NCBI GenBank assembly: GCA_002633005.1
Contig: NMRA01000118.1
Location: forward strand, 496,707 to 560,706
DNA from: Phoronis australis
Lineage: Eukaryota; Animalia; Phoronida
Direction: 5' to 3'
DNA length: 64,000 nt
Shown: piece after piece, positions 26,082 through 38,726 of the stretch
How positions within the stretch are numbered: the first letter of the stretch is position 1
Layout: each line of letters begins with the position of its first letter
The notes under the pieces: generated by a model
What the model saw: only the letters and a program-made list of their open reading frames with translations
Told to the model about the DNA's origin: nothing
Databases searched by the model: none
Translations under genes and position numbers: made by a program

Positions 26082-26775
26082 GATTCCTGTGAACGCAGAA
26101 TAAGTATATTGATTTCATCTTAATACCAAAGAATTGTCACACAGAGGCTGTGAATGACAACATGAAGATGCTTTGATGGCTCTCAGTGGTCTGAAAATGT
26201 TTTCGAAGAATCACATCGCCCGAGTGGGGAGAGCGTTCTCCCACGCGCCATCCAAATCCTATAATTATGGAAACTCAATATTTTAGTTAGACATTGCCAC
26301 CCACTAAAAATATCTTAATATTAACATGACCAAAAATAGTAGCATTTGTCCCTAGTGGGTTTGATTTGACAGGGTAATGTCCGCATTTTGAAAACTGATA
26401 CGTTTCCGTTGCCTCATTAGTACAGCCAAAAAGTAGTTTTTGAAACGTTACCTTTTGTTTCTTTTCGCCATCTCACTGAACACGACGTTTTCTAAAATTC
26501 CATTCTGGAGTGGGCTTTAGAAAATCAAGAATTTTGGTTGCCACTCTCATTGGATACATGTGTTCAGGAGACATACATATATCAGTGCGCCATCTCACGC
26601 ACAGACCGAGGCTTTAGAATTTGAACAATCAAAAAGAATTAACTCATGCTTTTCCGACCGTGAAGTTATTCGCCCACCTAACTATAACCTCCGTCGGGTT
26701 GTTTGAATTCTTTCTCACGAGATTGCGAAATTATGTCAACCTTCTAAAGTGAAAATATAGAATAATGTGTCTTAC

Positions 26776-26856
26776 CTGAGCTTTTTAAAATATCTGCGAA
26801 CGTTGTGGCAGTATGAACACGATTAGAAAACATGCACAAAGTTCCTCTTTAATACT
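26776..26856 (-). promoter_or_regulatory. Candidate core promoter and non-coding first exon of SOUL paralog 2
   Basis: Minus strand reads TATTAAAG, then about 30 nt later TCATACT (Inr-like), then CAG|GTAAGA. The ATG exon is preceded by an acceptor (ttcacag|gaatcATG), so an upstream UTR exon is expected. Confidence 0.4.
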
Positions 26857-29486
26857 GCCACACGTGGACGAGTCCAGTCAAGACGCAGGGTGTTCGAAGA
26901 GCCGAAAAGTAGACTGGATCTTGTACTGTTTCAACGAATCTACCGTACAAGGTGTCCTAAATACTCAAGTTGAAAATGGAATCTTCGGTGTTATGAAATA
27001 CGGAATTGCATAAGCACGTACGTAACACAACGCTCAGATAACTTTATTTGTTTTTCTCAAATGAGATAAAACTTAGTCCAATACAAACATGAATTTAAGG
27101 CACGAGATCCAACTGTTTTGTCAACGGAATGCTTATCAAAGTGAAGAATAATTATTATCAATACTTAGTGAGTTTGTCAATTGACCGTTTTGTCCAATTT
27201 TGATAACAAAGTTATGTTTCGCGATTGCTTTTATAAGGTAAAAGATTATGTGGGTAAAACTTCCAGAAATCTAGTAAATGGAAGGGACATGGATAGATGG
27301 GTTTGCCACTTTTTATAAATAGTCGGAGCCCGTGTGCTTATGCATTTAATCCCAAGGACTTGTCGTGACCCAATAAGAGCAGATCGAACATGAAAAATGA
27401 AATTCCTCAGGTTTTCTACTTTCACAAAATATATGCTTTCATCGAGATAAAATCAATCTATAATTTTGTAAATATCTATCTGAATACACAGACCTGTCGA
27501 TGACGTATTACCTCATTTTCTTTAAACAGAAACAAGTTTTACGAGGCTAAAATTATACGATGGAAAGCTATTGGCGAAACTTTCTTGACATAACACACGT
27601 TATACTGTCTTGTCTTAGAAACAAGTGTACTTTTCTCCTGAAAAACATTTTACCTTAAAAATTGTACAAAGCCACCACGCTGTCGTCTGCAGACAACTTG
27701 AAAGTGGCGATAAAAACTATACATGGGGTTGATTAAGTAGAGGGAAAGCCGTGTAACCGTTGGGCTGGGCGTTGGGGCGAAACAAGGAGCTGTACTTTGT
27801 GAAAGGGTCAAACATAACTTTCTATTTAATACGCCTTTGGCGGATTTTGTGTTCTGATTGAACCAGCATATGCGTCAAAAAATGCAACCTTTTTGACAGT
27901 CGTTATAGCCATACGCAAGTAAGTCTGGGTGTTTTGATTACGGTCAATAAGTCTCCAGGTTGAAAGTCACGTGATTAGCCACGGAGCTATCAGGCCTGTT
28001 GCCCAGACGAATTGGACAAGAAAAAAGTGCTATTTCCAAGCACAAGTGAAGCCTGGTGAAATATTTTGAATGGACTGTACTAATTCCCACCAAGGCGATC
28101 CGGAGTTACATGAAGGCCTACTGCCAAATAGCTATACCGAAATAGCACGCACACCCTTTTATCCTACACAAAATCCATATACTACAAGCGTATAGACAGT
28201 GTTTCTAATAGGCGCCCAAGGTAACCTGCCAAAGAACTTTAATTTAATATCAACACAGTCCCAGAAATCGCTTTTGCATTATATCTAGGTTCTCATTCAT
28301 TCCTTTGCATTCATTCACTAGTAAGACCGCCGGAGCTCAGAGTAGTAGGCAATGCTCGATCGTTTGCCAGAAAACCATGGAACCGTAAAAGAACTGGGCA
28401 GATACGCAGACAAACGTGAACAAAATCGAATTGTCACCGTAACTAGGGACACGCCAGTAGCTGGTGTCATCCGAAAATTAGCATCCTCTGTCATCAACTT
28501 CATGGATATCCTCTAAGTGGCTTAAGATACAACACCGGACGCTGGACACCGGCGAATGATGACAGCAACACGCACCTACACATGTACATGAATGTTCGCA
28601 CATAAAAATTGTACAGAGTAGCGTAACAATACGCTTGCATTGTTGAATAATTTCATTTTTCTTTTCGAAATATAATAAATTGCAATCGAAGTTCCTCCGA
28701 AGTTCAACCATACACCCAAAGGTTCAGGTAAGGCTAAAAATAGCTTGTAGTACAGTAACAGTCGTGTAGCACAGGAGTAAAGGAAAAGTCCTTGTTTATA
28801 AACAATGTGCAAAATCATTTTATTGTGCACTTAAGATATAACAATACATAACCACACGATTAAACAGTCCTAATTTAACCAATCCAAACTGGTCACCTCT
28901 GTAAAGTGAATGTACATTGGCCATCTCAGATTAGTAAAATTATCTCCAAAATTAAAATTGAGCAAATTCAACAGGCATTATCACGGAAATAACGAGGCCC
29001 CGTCACACCAAACCTGTTCCTTCAACGTCCGTCTTATCATCTTGATGAAACCTGCTGGGCAACGACGTAACGGACCCTTTAAAAACTCCTAGCCGCCACC
29101 CTCCACATATACATAGCTCTCTTCCCTTTACACAAGATCGTGCTGAGAACTACCTTGGTGCAACAGTCCTGTGACCAGCAACAGCAATTTATGTCATGGT
29201 TCAACGTTCTTTGAGCTTTATTCTCATTAGGTATATACTAATCACGAACAATTATTGCTTTGAAGAATAACTCTCCTATAACCAAGACGCGTGTTCGGCG
29301 TACCTAAAGTGCCATTACTGTAGACTTGAAATGTTAGTCACCGAAACGCTTCCATAATAGCATGGGTAACTGGATTAGGACCTCCAGGACTCTTTTCAGG
29401 CGTAATATACTACATTATCTACATTCTTGATGATCTGTTGAGCAATTTTTGTGAGACTCTAAAAACCCGAACAGTTAAGTTCCTCT

Positions 29487-31529
29487 TTAAGTTCTGGTAG
29501 CGTAGAATCCTCTGTGCTTTTCTGTGCCTCTCAAGGAAGGGGTTTGACGCGTCAGATGGTTGATAGGGCTTTGTGTGCATGCTGGAACTGAAAAATACGA
29601 CCAGCTAATAAATCTATCTTGGGAGCGTTCAATAAAGGTAGTCACTCGTACATGTAAGTGAAAACTTGGGTGCAAAAGGTCACAAATACCGCGTACTTCA
29701 CATAAGTGCATCAGGCAATATCTGTGTCTGGCCTTGGTTTTAGGTTTTCAGCTAAAATAAATTTCAATTCCCAACGTCTAAAAGTTGATCTTTAAAGCAA
29801 AGATCAATAATCATTTGCACAACTATTATGAAACGTTGTTATATGATGGATTGGAACTAAATGTTCGCAACATAAATAAATTTAGTTATTTTATTTTCAG
29901 TACACTAATTAATGGCTAAAGTTTACAAGCCGTTAAGTAAGGTTGCGGTCTGCACATAGACTATAGGCGAAATGGACCAGTGAATTAATTCTTTCCAACT
30001 TCAACACCTGATCCCTTCCCGTTCATGAATTATCTGTCATAATTAGAACGAAATCGGGCTAACTTAAGACAAAAATGTCTTAACACTGTTTCGTGAACTT
30101 TGTTAAGACCAAAATTGAAACCGAAATGGATCTAAGCTAAGACCAAAATCACTGCTATGGAGTAGGATTAAAGACTGGACTTTTGGTTTCAATGACCAAA
30201 ATATAGGACTATTATTGCTGTAAACTGACAAATTTTGTCAAACTGAAGGTCGTCTGAGTTTTCGATTCGTTGGCAAAGTCCATTGAAACAATGCAGTGTG
30301 GCTTACCGGCACATGTCAAATGATATTTTCCAGACATATTGGGGTCTTCTCACGTAAAAGAGATCACAGTTATATCCAAAATGCAAATATATCACCATTT
30401 AAAGTTTCAAAACCAAGATTATTCTTGAAACTGCATTTCATACACTCGGTGTTTCGCTTAGTTTTGTGTCGGAATTTGCAACAGGTGGCGAGAGTTTACT
30501 TTGTATCTGTGTCAAAAAACGGCCTTAATTTCTGTCTAAGGTAAGATCAAAGACCAAAATCCGACCTTGTGCCCATGAAAAAGTTTCTTGAATTTTCGTC
30601 ATCGGTCTTAACTTGGCCTGAATTTCTGTCTTAACTTAGACAAGTTTTGGTTTTAAGTCTTAAATCTATGATCAGTTTTCATGAAATGGACCGTAGATGC
30701 CGCCTTTTCGCTAGGTTACGCTAGTAGGTATCGATTATACTAGCGAAACAGTCTCCTTTCACTCACGACAGTTTACGTGGACTTCTATTATAAATCCGTA
30801 ACCTCGGCTATTTTGGTAGTCTGAAATTTACCTTCGGTGATGAACGATATGTACGGGACTTCAATCATAGCCACGTGACTCTCAAAACTGGAAAATTGTT
30901 GGCCGTATGACAGGAATTCGCACATGCGCAGATAAAGTTCGCCTCCAAAGTGTGGTTTGAGGGTATGAAAATAACTTGACAGAGGTGTTCTGAATACGGT
31001 AGTATACTTACGAGGCATAGGACGATTGTCGGAGTACCATGGCTTATACGTTTGCTTTTCCCATTTGTTCACCAAGCTTCGTTTGTAACTGCTTACGTCG
31101 TGGCGATTGACAGACCACTGCGGTGTGGGTGGCATTTGAGGGCGATAGGGCTCTGCCTTTGTCACGGGTCGTCGGATGCGACCAGCATCATGTAAAATGT
31201 TGCTGAATTTGTCCTGGTCGTAGACCCGTACAAGACCTAAATGACCAAACAACATTGCAACCGTATGACTTCGCAACTATCAAACTATAACAACATCCAA
31301 AAATAGTTAAGAATCCTGAATCAAAGGCAAGATTTTGATAAAATGCTGCATAAAGCAGAATCATATGATGAATTGAATTAAAATGCACGGTTTAATGGCG
31401 GCTTAAATGGTTTACGCCGTTAACTAAGAAGAGATCAACTTATACATGTTTAAAGGACGTCTTAAAAACACAACTAAACTAAGTAATTTTCTTTCACAAT
31501 TATACCAACTGTACCCACGCACCATCCAT
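29487..31529 (-). CDS. Uncharacterised ~189-aa basic Pro/Arg/Tyr-rich protein, candidate ciliary/flagellar protein
   Basis: Exons 31529-31506 (MDGAWVQL), 31276-30832 (445 nt open; ..GLVRVYDQDKFSNILHDAGRIRRPVTKAEPYRPQMPPTPQW..YKPWYSDNRPMPRKY..), 29587-29487 (VPACTQSPINHLTRQTPSLRGTEKHRGFYATRT*). Phases 0 and 1 join correctly. Terminal exons are less certain than the middle one. Confidence 0.6.
30015..30695. mobile_element. Harbinger-like MITE with repeated ttaagac/gaccaaaa subterminal motifs
   Basis: cccgttcatgaa near 30018 and ttcatgaaatggacc near 30678 form degenerate inverted ends. Multiple taagac(c)aaaa motifs on the left are mirrored by gtcttaa on the right. Confidence 0.45.
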
Positions 31530-31603
31530 AAACACTGTTCTGGTCCCTGCGTCTGTGAGCACTTCTTTCACATGTCTCAAGGTTCCACCTAACCGCCCTT
31601 CAC

Positions 31604-31616
31604 GTTGCCTAGCAAC
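31604..31616. promoter_or_regulatory. RFX X-box
   Basis: GTTGCCTAGCAAC fits the consensus GTNRCC-N0-3-RGYAAC and lies 75 bp upstream of the predicted ATG at 31529. Confidence 0.7.
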
Positions 31617-34600
31617 AATAATCAAATATAGTCATTGGGATGTTCTGGACAGAAAAGATGCAGACAGTTACAAATATTTCCCATCGAATGCTAACTCTTC
31701 GACGGCTATTCTTTTTGCCCATGGTTGAATACGAAGGCATTTCTCATCGAAAACTTAACGCGGAACGAATGTTAAGGTGCAAGTGTTCTAACGAGGCCAT
31801 TACATGGAGAAGTTCTGAGCAAAAGGTACAGTAGAAATCGTTGTCCGACTTAGTTGAAGACTTTCAATTGTGAAGGTAATTTGAGTACTGAACATGAAAA
31901 AATCACAGAAGTTGATTACATAATTTGGACGAAAGTCGGCTTATACCTTTCATTCTGAGTCACAATTACTTATTTGAGAAAAAAAACAATCTTCAAGCTT
32001 CCCTCGTTGAAATAAGCAGAAAACGCAGCCCAGGGAAGTATATTGCGCGGAAATATAACAAGATGAGTTCCTGTACGTATATTTACAAATTGTGTTACGC
32101 GGCTAATGATCCTACCTGGGAAGACCAGGCGTTGGATAGCGATAGGCGATCTGTTTAGTCAACGCAAGGTAAGACTTCTCAAAGTCATCTAAACCTTTAG
32201 TCTGAGAATAATTCTGTGGGTATCCTTGGCTGTCCTGGAACACAAAAATCATTTCTATATGTCAGAATGTAAAAACATTCAGGCATTACTTTCAGTTTAA
32301 AGATATTACTTAATGCTGACATTTTCGATTGATGGACTTCTTTAGCCAAAAACGTGGTGATCATTTGTAAGATGAAAAGTAACCAATAGGATTTCTACAT
32401 GTAAATCTAAGATCCAGGGCTTATAAATCTTCTTAACAACATTTCAAATACGCAGTGCTTAATTTTCACAAGACTGTGTCAATTCTATATGCATAAGTAG
32501 ACTAAGTCACTTATCAACCTAAGCTACTCACCACGGGTACTTTGCGCCAATTTCCGTCACTGTGCGTCACGGGTATACCAGAGGGTATTACATTCCCTTG
32601 CATCTTCATCCATTCATTCATCCCGCCGTACGTCGTCCTGTAAGCAATTGTGCACACAGTCTAACAATATATGATATTACTCATTGTAATGAATTCTAAA
32701 TTCTGTTCAAAAGCTACGAGGTCCTCGGACCGTCCTTCTGTAACACGCCTGCGTGGGAGGCACGTGCCTCTACACACCAAGAGTTAGTAAAACATAGGAG
32801 CTAGGTTTTGGAAAACAGTTTGAGCGAAGACGGGGTTGGGCCATTCGTTCACTACCAAACGGTACGTATTGACAAGTTCTCACGAATCCAGTTTGAGACG
32901 CGTCTTTACATGTACAAGTAACAATCACCTGTACCGTTACTGTTGATGGAGCTTAGGCTCATGCATTACTAGGCGAAACAACTAAGCGAAAATACATATT
33001 TAAAAGAACGCAATATTTCGGATAGAATCGCAGTGATGACTAATACAGCACTGCTGTGAGAAATTTCACAAAAATAAAAGGATTTCTAAAACTTAGAATC
33101 GTGTAGCCACCCAGTAAATCAGAAAAGGTTTGAGATTTGGAAATCTTGGACGTCCCGTCCAGTGCGCTTTACGCGCCACCCACTCTCAATGTCCAACACC
33201 CCAACAGCACAGTTAACGCTGGTTCAAGATTGGCGCAGACCCTTCACGTCTTACTCAGATTTCCACAGTGAGTTTTTGTCGCCCCAGTTTTATTTCATTC
33301 ATTTAAGTTTCGCATCTGGTCAGCAATAGTACGATGTACATCTTTGAATACCGACTTTTTGTTGACGTTGTTTCAACGGTACCCTCACCCCCACGTCTAC
33401 GGAACACCAGATTGAAACCTAAAGATTTAAAATTACACTTGTACTTGCATGATAGAAAATCATTGATTTATGTAATTAGCCAATCAATATTTAGATAACT
33501 TCTGCTATTGTTAACATTGTTCTGGCAGTGATGACGACTCTAAAGTTTACATATATCGGTCAATAAGGAAATACAATCATGGAGGAGAGTCATCAAAACG
33601 ATTTTCTCTCTTTGTTGATTGCAACTCGGCAACGAATGTCTACATTGTTATTAGTGTGAAGTACTAATTGCTGGCCCACGGCGGTAGTAATAGTTTACCT
33701 AAATGAAAATTTGTGGGTGTCATTTTGGGTAATAAATGATTGTTGACAACTAAGCTGAGTGTTTTAACACGTATTTGTTACAAATGCAGAGCTACAATGG
33801 AAATGACGTGAGCCGCTGAGGAATCCAAGGAAGTCTTCGAATCCCCACCGTGAGATTGCTGGCTTCAAAACTGTGCGTATTTAATTATAATGACGATCTT
33901 AGGCTATCTGTTCGACATGCTGTTTTGTTTCAATTTTAGCCATCGTTCAAGACACTATTTCTCAGCCGGTACCCTCACCTAAGGACGACGACGACCAGGT
34001 ACATGTATTTTGATACGCGGTTTTCTCCCAGATTAATTCGATCCTCGACGCCTGTGCCGTTCAACACACAAACTCGGATTGCATGGCTTGATCGCCAGAA
34101 ATCTCAGTGTTGAGCGACAAACAGTAAAATCTTGCACACAAGAAGAAGTGTATGGATTCACTAATAGTCCATTGAATAACAGGTCGGCAAACGAACTTGC
34201 ACAACTTGAGACTACAAGGGCCGCCCCGCGCGCGCGGGCTCCGGTGCCGGGTACAGTGAAGGTACAGTCAGTGTAATTGCAGACCTACGACGAAGAACGC
34301 CACAGTCACCGTCACTCAGTACTCGGCTTCAAACGAAATCGATAGAGATTCTGAGTTTTATTTCGGATGTCAGCCGCAGTTAAAGGCTTGTCCAGCCCCA
34401 TGCACCGACTGACGCTCAAACCACAGAAGACTATGTATTTAGGATATTCCGATCAAAGCATAGTTAACATTTTGCCAAAATTGTCTTCAACTGCGACCAC
34501 TCCTAATGCTCGTCTGAAATAAAAAGTAGGTATTTGTTGATATCATACCTGGATCGACTGAATGGTCGGTACGTAGATAATTGATGAGTCGGATTAGGCG

Positions 34601-35984
34601 CCGTGGGTCCGAACACGTCCGTCATGGTCACGACCGATTTAAACTGTCTGATTTACAGAATATAGACCTTCAATAGATAAATCTTGTAGTCAAAGACTGC
34701 GTTAGCTTTTGGTATCACCAAGCGGATATTTAGGATAGGCACCAAGTCATGACTTGCGTAGTTCGCCAAGCTAAATCTACAAGGTACAAGTACGACAGCC
34801 AGGATCGTGAGTAGCGCGCATAGTTACGGGCGAGTTTATTAATTTGGATAGATACTAGGATCTGTAGCCGACGCGTACACGTGGCTGTTTTTCCTGTGTG
34901 ATGTTTTGTTAAATACAACATGTCAGCTACTTCCACAGAAACATCACCTGATCATTATCACGCCATTAATGCATTGTCTTTGCTAGAAATAGTTTGACAA
35001 GTGTCCTAGCTCATCCCCTATTCACCATTTGTGGACTCGTCGACCTTTCACCCTTACTGATAATTGACCTACATGGGTTAAGAAAACCAACAATAAACAT
35101 ACAATAGAATTGAAGTGTTTAACTGCAAGCGCTCAAAACCAGGGGTCATGATAACGTGTGTACATTATACACAAATTTCACTCGCTCATTGTTATGAGAG
35201 AATTTTAACACAAATCGACACAAGTGAACATTCGCCAAGACGCTGAAATGAAAGCACGTGACATTTACCGTAAAAATAATCGACTTCGTAATGAAAATAT
35301 TCGGGTCCTCGATGAAAAAACATTGACAAACGTCGTGTACTCTGGCAACGTCTTTTGGGTAAACACAACGCGCAGATAATGCATTGACTGGCTACAATAA
35401 ATTACGCTTGGTGACAGTATCGTGTACTGCCGAGGCCAAAAAGCATAGTGGTTTCTGATACTTTTAATCATTCGGAGTCGGTGTTTAGTGCTGTATTTTT
35501 AGTTACGAGCACAGAAAATCCCGGCTCTTGGGTCAAGCCAAAATAACATGTTACGTATTCTATGTACATGTATTACTCGACTCCAACATGTTTCAGGCGG
35601 AGCGCTTGCTCGTAAAACCCTCCTTTTTATCCCCACTCACTGACATCATCAGTTCAGCATGGATAGAAATGACGTCACTAGTCAACACTGATGTTGCGAT
35701 TAAAAATTGTCCTTTAGAATAGCAGATTTTCGCCAATGAAAAGATTATGTCATCATTAGAATTTCGGAACCTACACCGCGTCGTACGTCGACGACCACCC
35801 AAGAAAATCGTGTGACACAGAAGATCCTTTACTTCTAAGGTTCCAGGTTTGGAACTGCGTGCACTTGCAAGTCGTCACTATCCTGTTGCGGACAAACTAC
35901 GCCTGTACGCAAGTGCACTGGATATTTAAACTGCCTACTTTCGATGCCATTGTGAACGTTGCGTATTCCGTATGATAGACTAGA

Positions 35985-36246
35985 CAGAGGCGATCTAACG
36001 GGGGGGGGGGGGGGNGGGGGGGGGTGTTCAGGGCGTTTAAATCCCGCCCTCGGGACTCGGGACAGGATCAAAAATAAAAATTAAAAAAGACGCCAGAAAA
36101 ACAAAATGACTTGCAAAAACCAAAAAAAAATCTTACACGGGAGGGGAAAATCCCCTCCAAACCTTTCCCCACTCGGCGCTACGCGCTTCGGATTCGCGCG
36201 AATCCTAAACCCTGCCACCCTTACTGAAAACGTAGATCTTCCACTG
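35985..36246. mobile_element. Non-autonomous CA..TG element with exact 5-bp TSD CTAGA
   Basis: CAGAGGCGATCTA+polyG left end and TAGATCTTCCACTG right end; CTAGA at 35980-35984 and 36247-36251. Confidence 0.8.
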
Positions 36247-37246
36247 CTAGAAATTATTCATCTTAGACTTGCTTTTCACCCCGGTTTAGTCGCTAGCTAA
36301 AACACGAAAATCAAAGTATTCTTTTTATTCTCATAAGATCGGCTTTGTAATAGTCCTGGCTTGTCCTATGCGTACATGGTTTTGGTATCGTATACAGCTC
36401 CAGTGTTGCTTGATCATGTGGACCTATCAAGTTAAATAAATGGAAATTTTAAATTTTCGAAATCATTCACGTCTAGATGGTTTTATTTTACGCCTAACAG
36501 TTATGTAGCAAAAGTACCCACGCGCGCGACGGCGGGGTTCCAGGATCGCGGGGTCGCAAGCACAGAGATGTACCTCTGTTTTACAACATTTGGGGCCATT
36601 AGTCTGAAAAATATTCCTAAAACATAGGTGGAATTTGTTCGGAAGAAGTTTTCGATGATAGTAGTTCTAAACAATCTTTGTTTATACTCAGACAAACATT
36701 TCACCCTGAGACCTACATGTATTCTATAGCAAGAACCAGAACACCACTGAAAACAAGCGAATGCAAAAATATTCCGCGCATTCTCGGAGCAAGCTCAGCA
36801 GCGCGAGATCAAGTTTACTTGATGCATCTCCCGAATGATGGCGTTTCAAATTTTGTAGCTTTCCAAAAACGAGACCCTGGTCGTAATTGATGAGGGCGAG
36901 TGACTCTTTTTCTTTTTGCTTTTAGTCAGTGAGCGTAGGTCTTGAAAACGAGTCGGATACAAACTGCTTGTTGGTCTTATACATACAAATGTATAAAAAG
37001 ACCTTGACCTCGGGGAATGCGGGTTTTTGTCGCGGGTATAATCTCCATTCCTCAGCTAGCTTTGCAACCCCGAAGGATTTTCCAAAATAGAATAAAAGAA
37101 ATTATTGGGCTTCATGAGAGGGCGCCCATAATTCGAATTCAGCGAAATTTAAATGAGCTGTTCAAACTGTTTGTCATCGCTGAACTTTGAGGAACTTCTT
37201 TTTAAACTTCATACCAATAAAACAAGAGAATTAGAAAGGCGCAATA

Positions 37247-37853
37247 CAGGCCCCGCGTAGCCAGGATTACACAAGCGGTGGTTCGAATTTCCAAACAGTG
37301 GACCTTTTGATGATATTTGGCAAAAATTGGCATCGACTCTGTACCTTTTCCGGGAGCGCCCCTGAGGAGCTAGACAGTGGGCGACGCAATACGTACATAA
37401 CTGTCAGGAAATTCAAACGCAACAAGCTCAGTTAACTCAACGTAGATGTTGTAAATTCCATTTTTATTACAACTACGTATTGAAACGACAAGATATACAT
37501 GTACGCACCAGGTTCATAGGCTTCCAAATTTTACCTTCCTATGATTTATCTTCTCTAAACGGTGTCAGTAACTAACACTGTTATTGTGGATATCAACGCC
37601 AATACGGCAATTTGTCTGGGACTCCTCTCATACCTGTTCGCCCGAAAGTGTAAACATTGCGCCTTACCGACCAACGACTACGGAACACATAGTCAGGGAG
37701 GGTTTTTTTCTACAGATTCGGGACATGTACTTCATTTAGGAGTTGTTCTCTCTTTGGTTAGGACTGGACCTTTTTCGCAGGCCGGGAGGTGGCCGGGAGG
37801 TGGCCGGGAGGGGTTCGATTGAACCTCACGAACCCCCCCTGGCTACGGACCTG
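37247..37853. mobile_element. Non-autonomous CA..TG element with exact 5-bp TSD CAATA
   Basis: CAGGCCCCGCGTAGCCAGG / CCTGGCTACGGACCTG ends; CAATA at 37242-37246 and 37854-37858; internal (ggccgggaggt)x~3. Confidence 0.78.
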
Positions 37854-38726
37854 CAATATCAGACCCGGGTTATCTCGACTCCTTTAATACGACCCCACCG
37901 ATTTCGTTGAAACACTCCGGCCGTATGCTCGACTTCATCCTAGATGCAAAAAAAACGCACAATGAATCCCGAAGACCCGGGCTACTGCCGAATTACCCTT
38001 GTTCTATCCGGTATCCAGACCTACTTTGTTCCTTGGCTTGATTGCAGGTAAGGTCCTGGGTTATTCATTCGTTATCATCTGGTCTGTACCTGCCATTAAT
38101 TTTCCGAGCAGCATGGATTTTCGTCCGAGACGCCACCAGGGTCACATGCAATGCCGACAATTTTGTCGCTAGCCGGAGATTGAACTTCCTGACTGTTTTA
38201 ACGGTTGATTTATGTGTGTAAATAACGTTTCCAGTTGGAAATTACCTAAATAATCCCAATGTGTTTAGACAATTTTTGTAGGAAAAAAATTAAAGGACTC
38301 ACATTTGCTGGTGAGTTTGAGTTCGCTCAAATCAACACTGGGAAAAACTATTCATCTGAGTATACACTTTGTTTACTAAAGTAAAATTCCAACAGACCTT
38401 GTTACGGTTACACATAACACATAACTGACACGGTGATTTATTCGATCGCAGGACGCAACACTGAGCCTCGTGAAAATAATTCCGGAGTTGAAAAGATTTC
38501 GGCGAAATTTCCGGGCCTTCGGAAATACGTGCGAACTCTGCTGTAGTTTTGCATTAAGAGGACTGTGACCGTTGTCAGACTTGTAATTCCATCTCGTTCA
38601 TCATGTGAAGAAAATGTAATCACAGGGATGTTATCATTTCTAAATTGATAATCTTAAATCGGCGGATGGTCACTGGCATGACGTCCCCGATAACTGTTAA
38701 CCAGTTCTCTTCAGGTGAAGACAAAG

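Noticed and set aside
34032-34440. Multi-UGA frame as a selenoprotein
   Set aside because: The same frame also has a TAA, with no recognisable family or SECIS.
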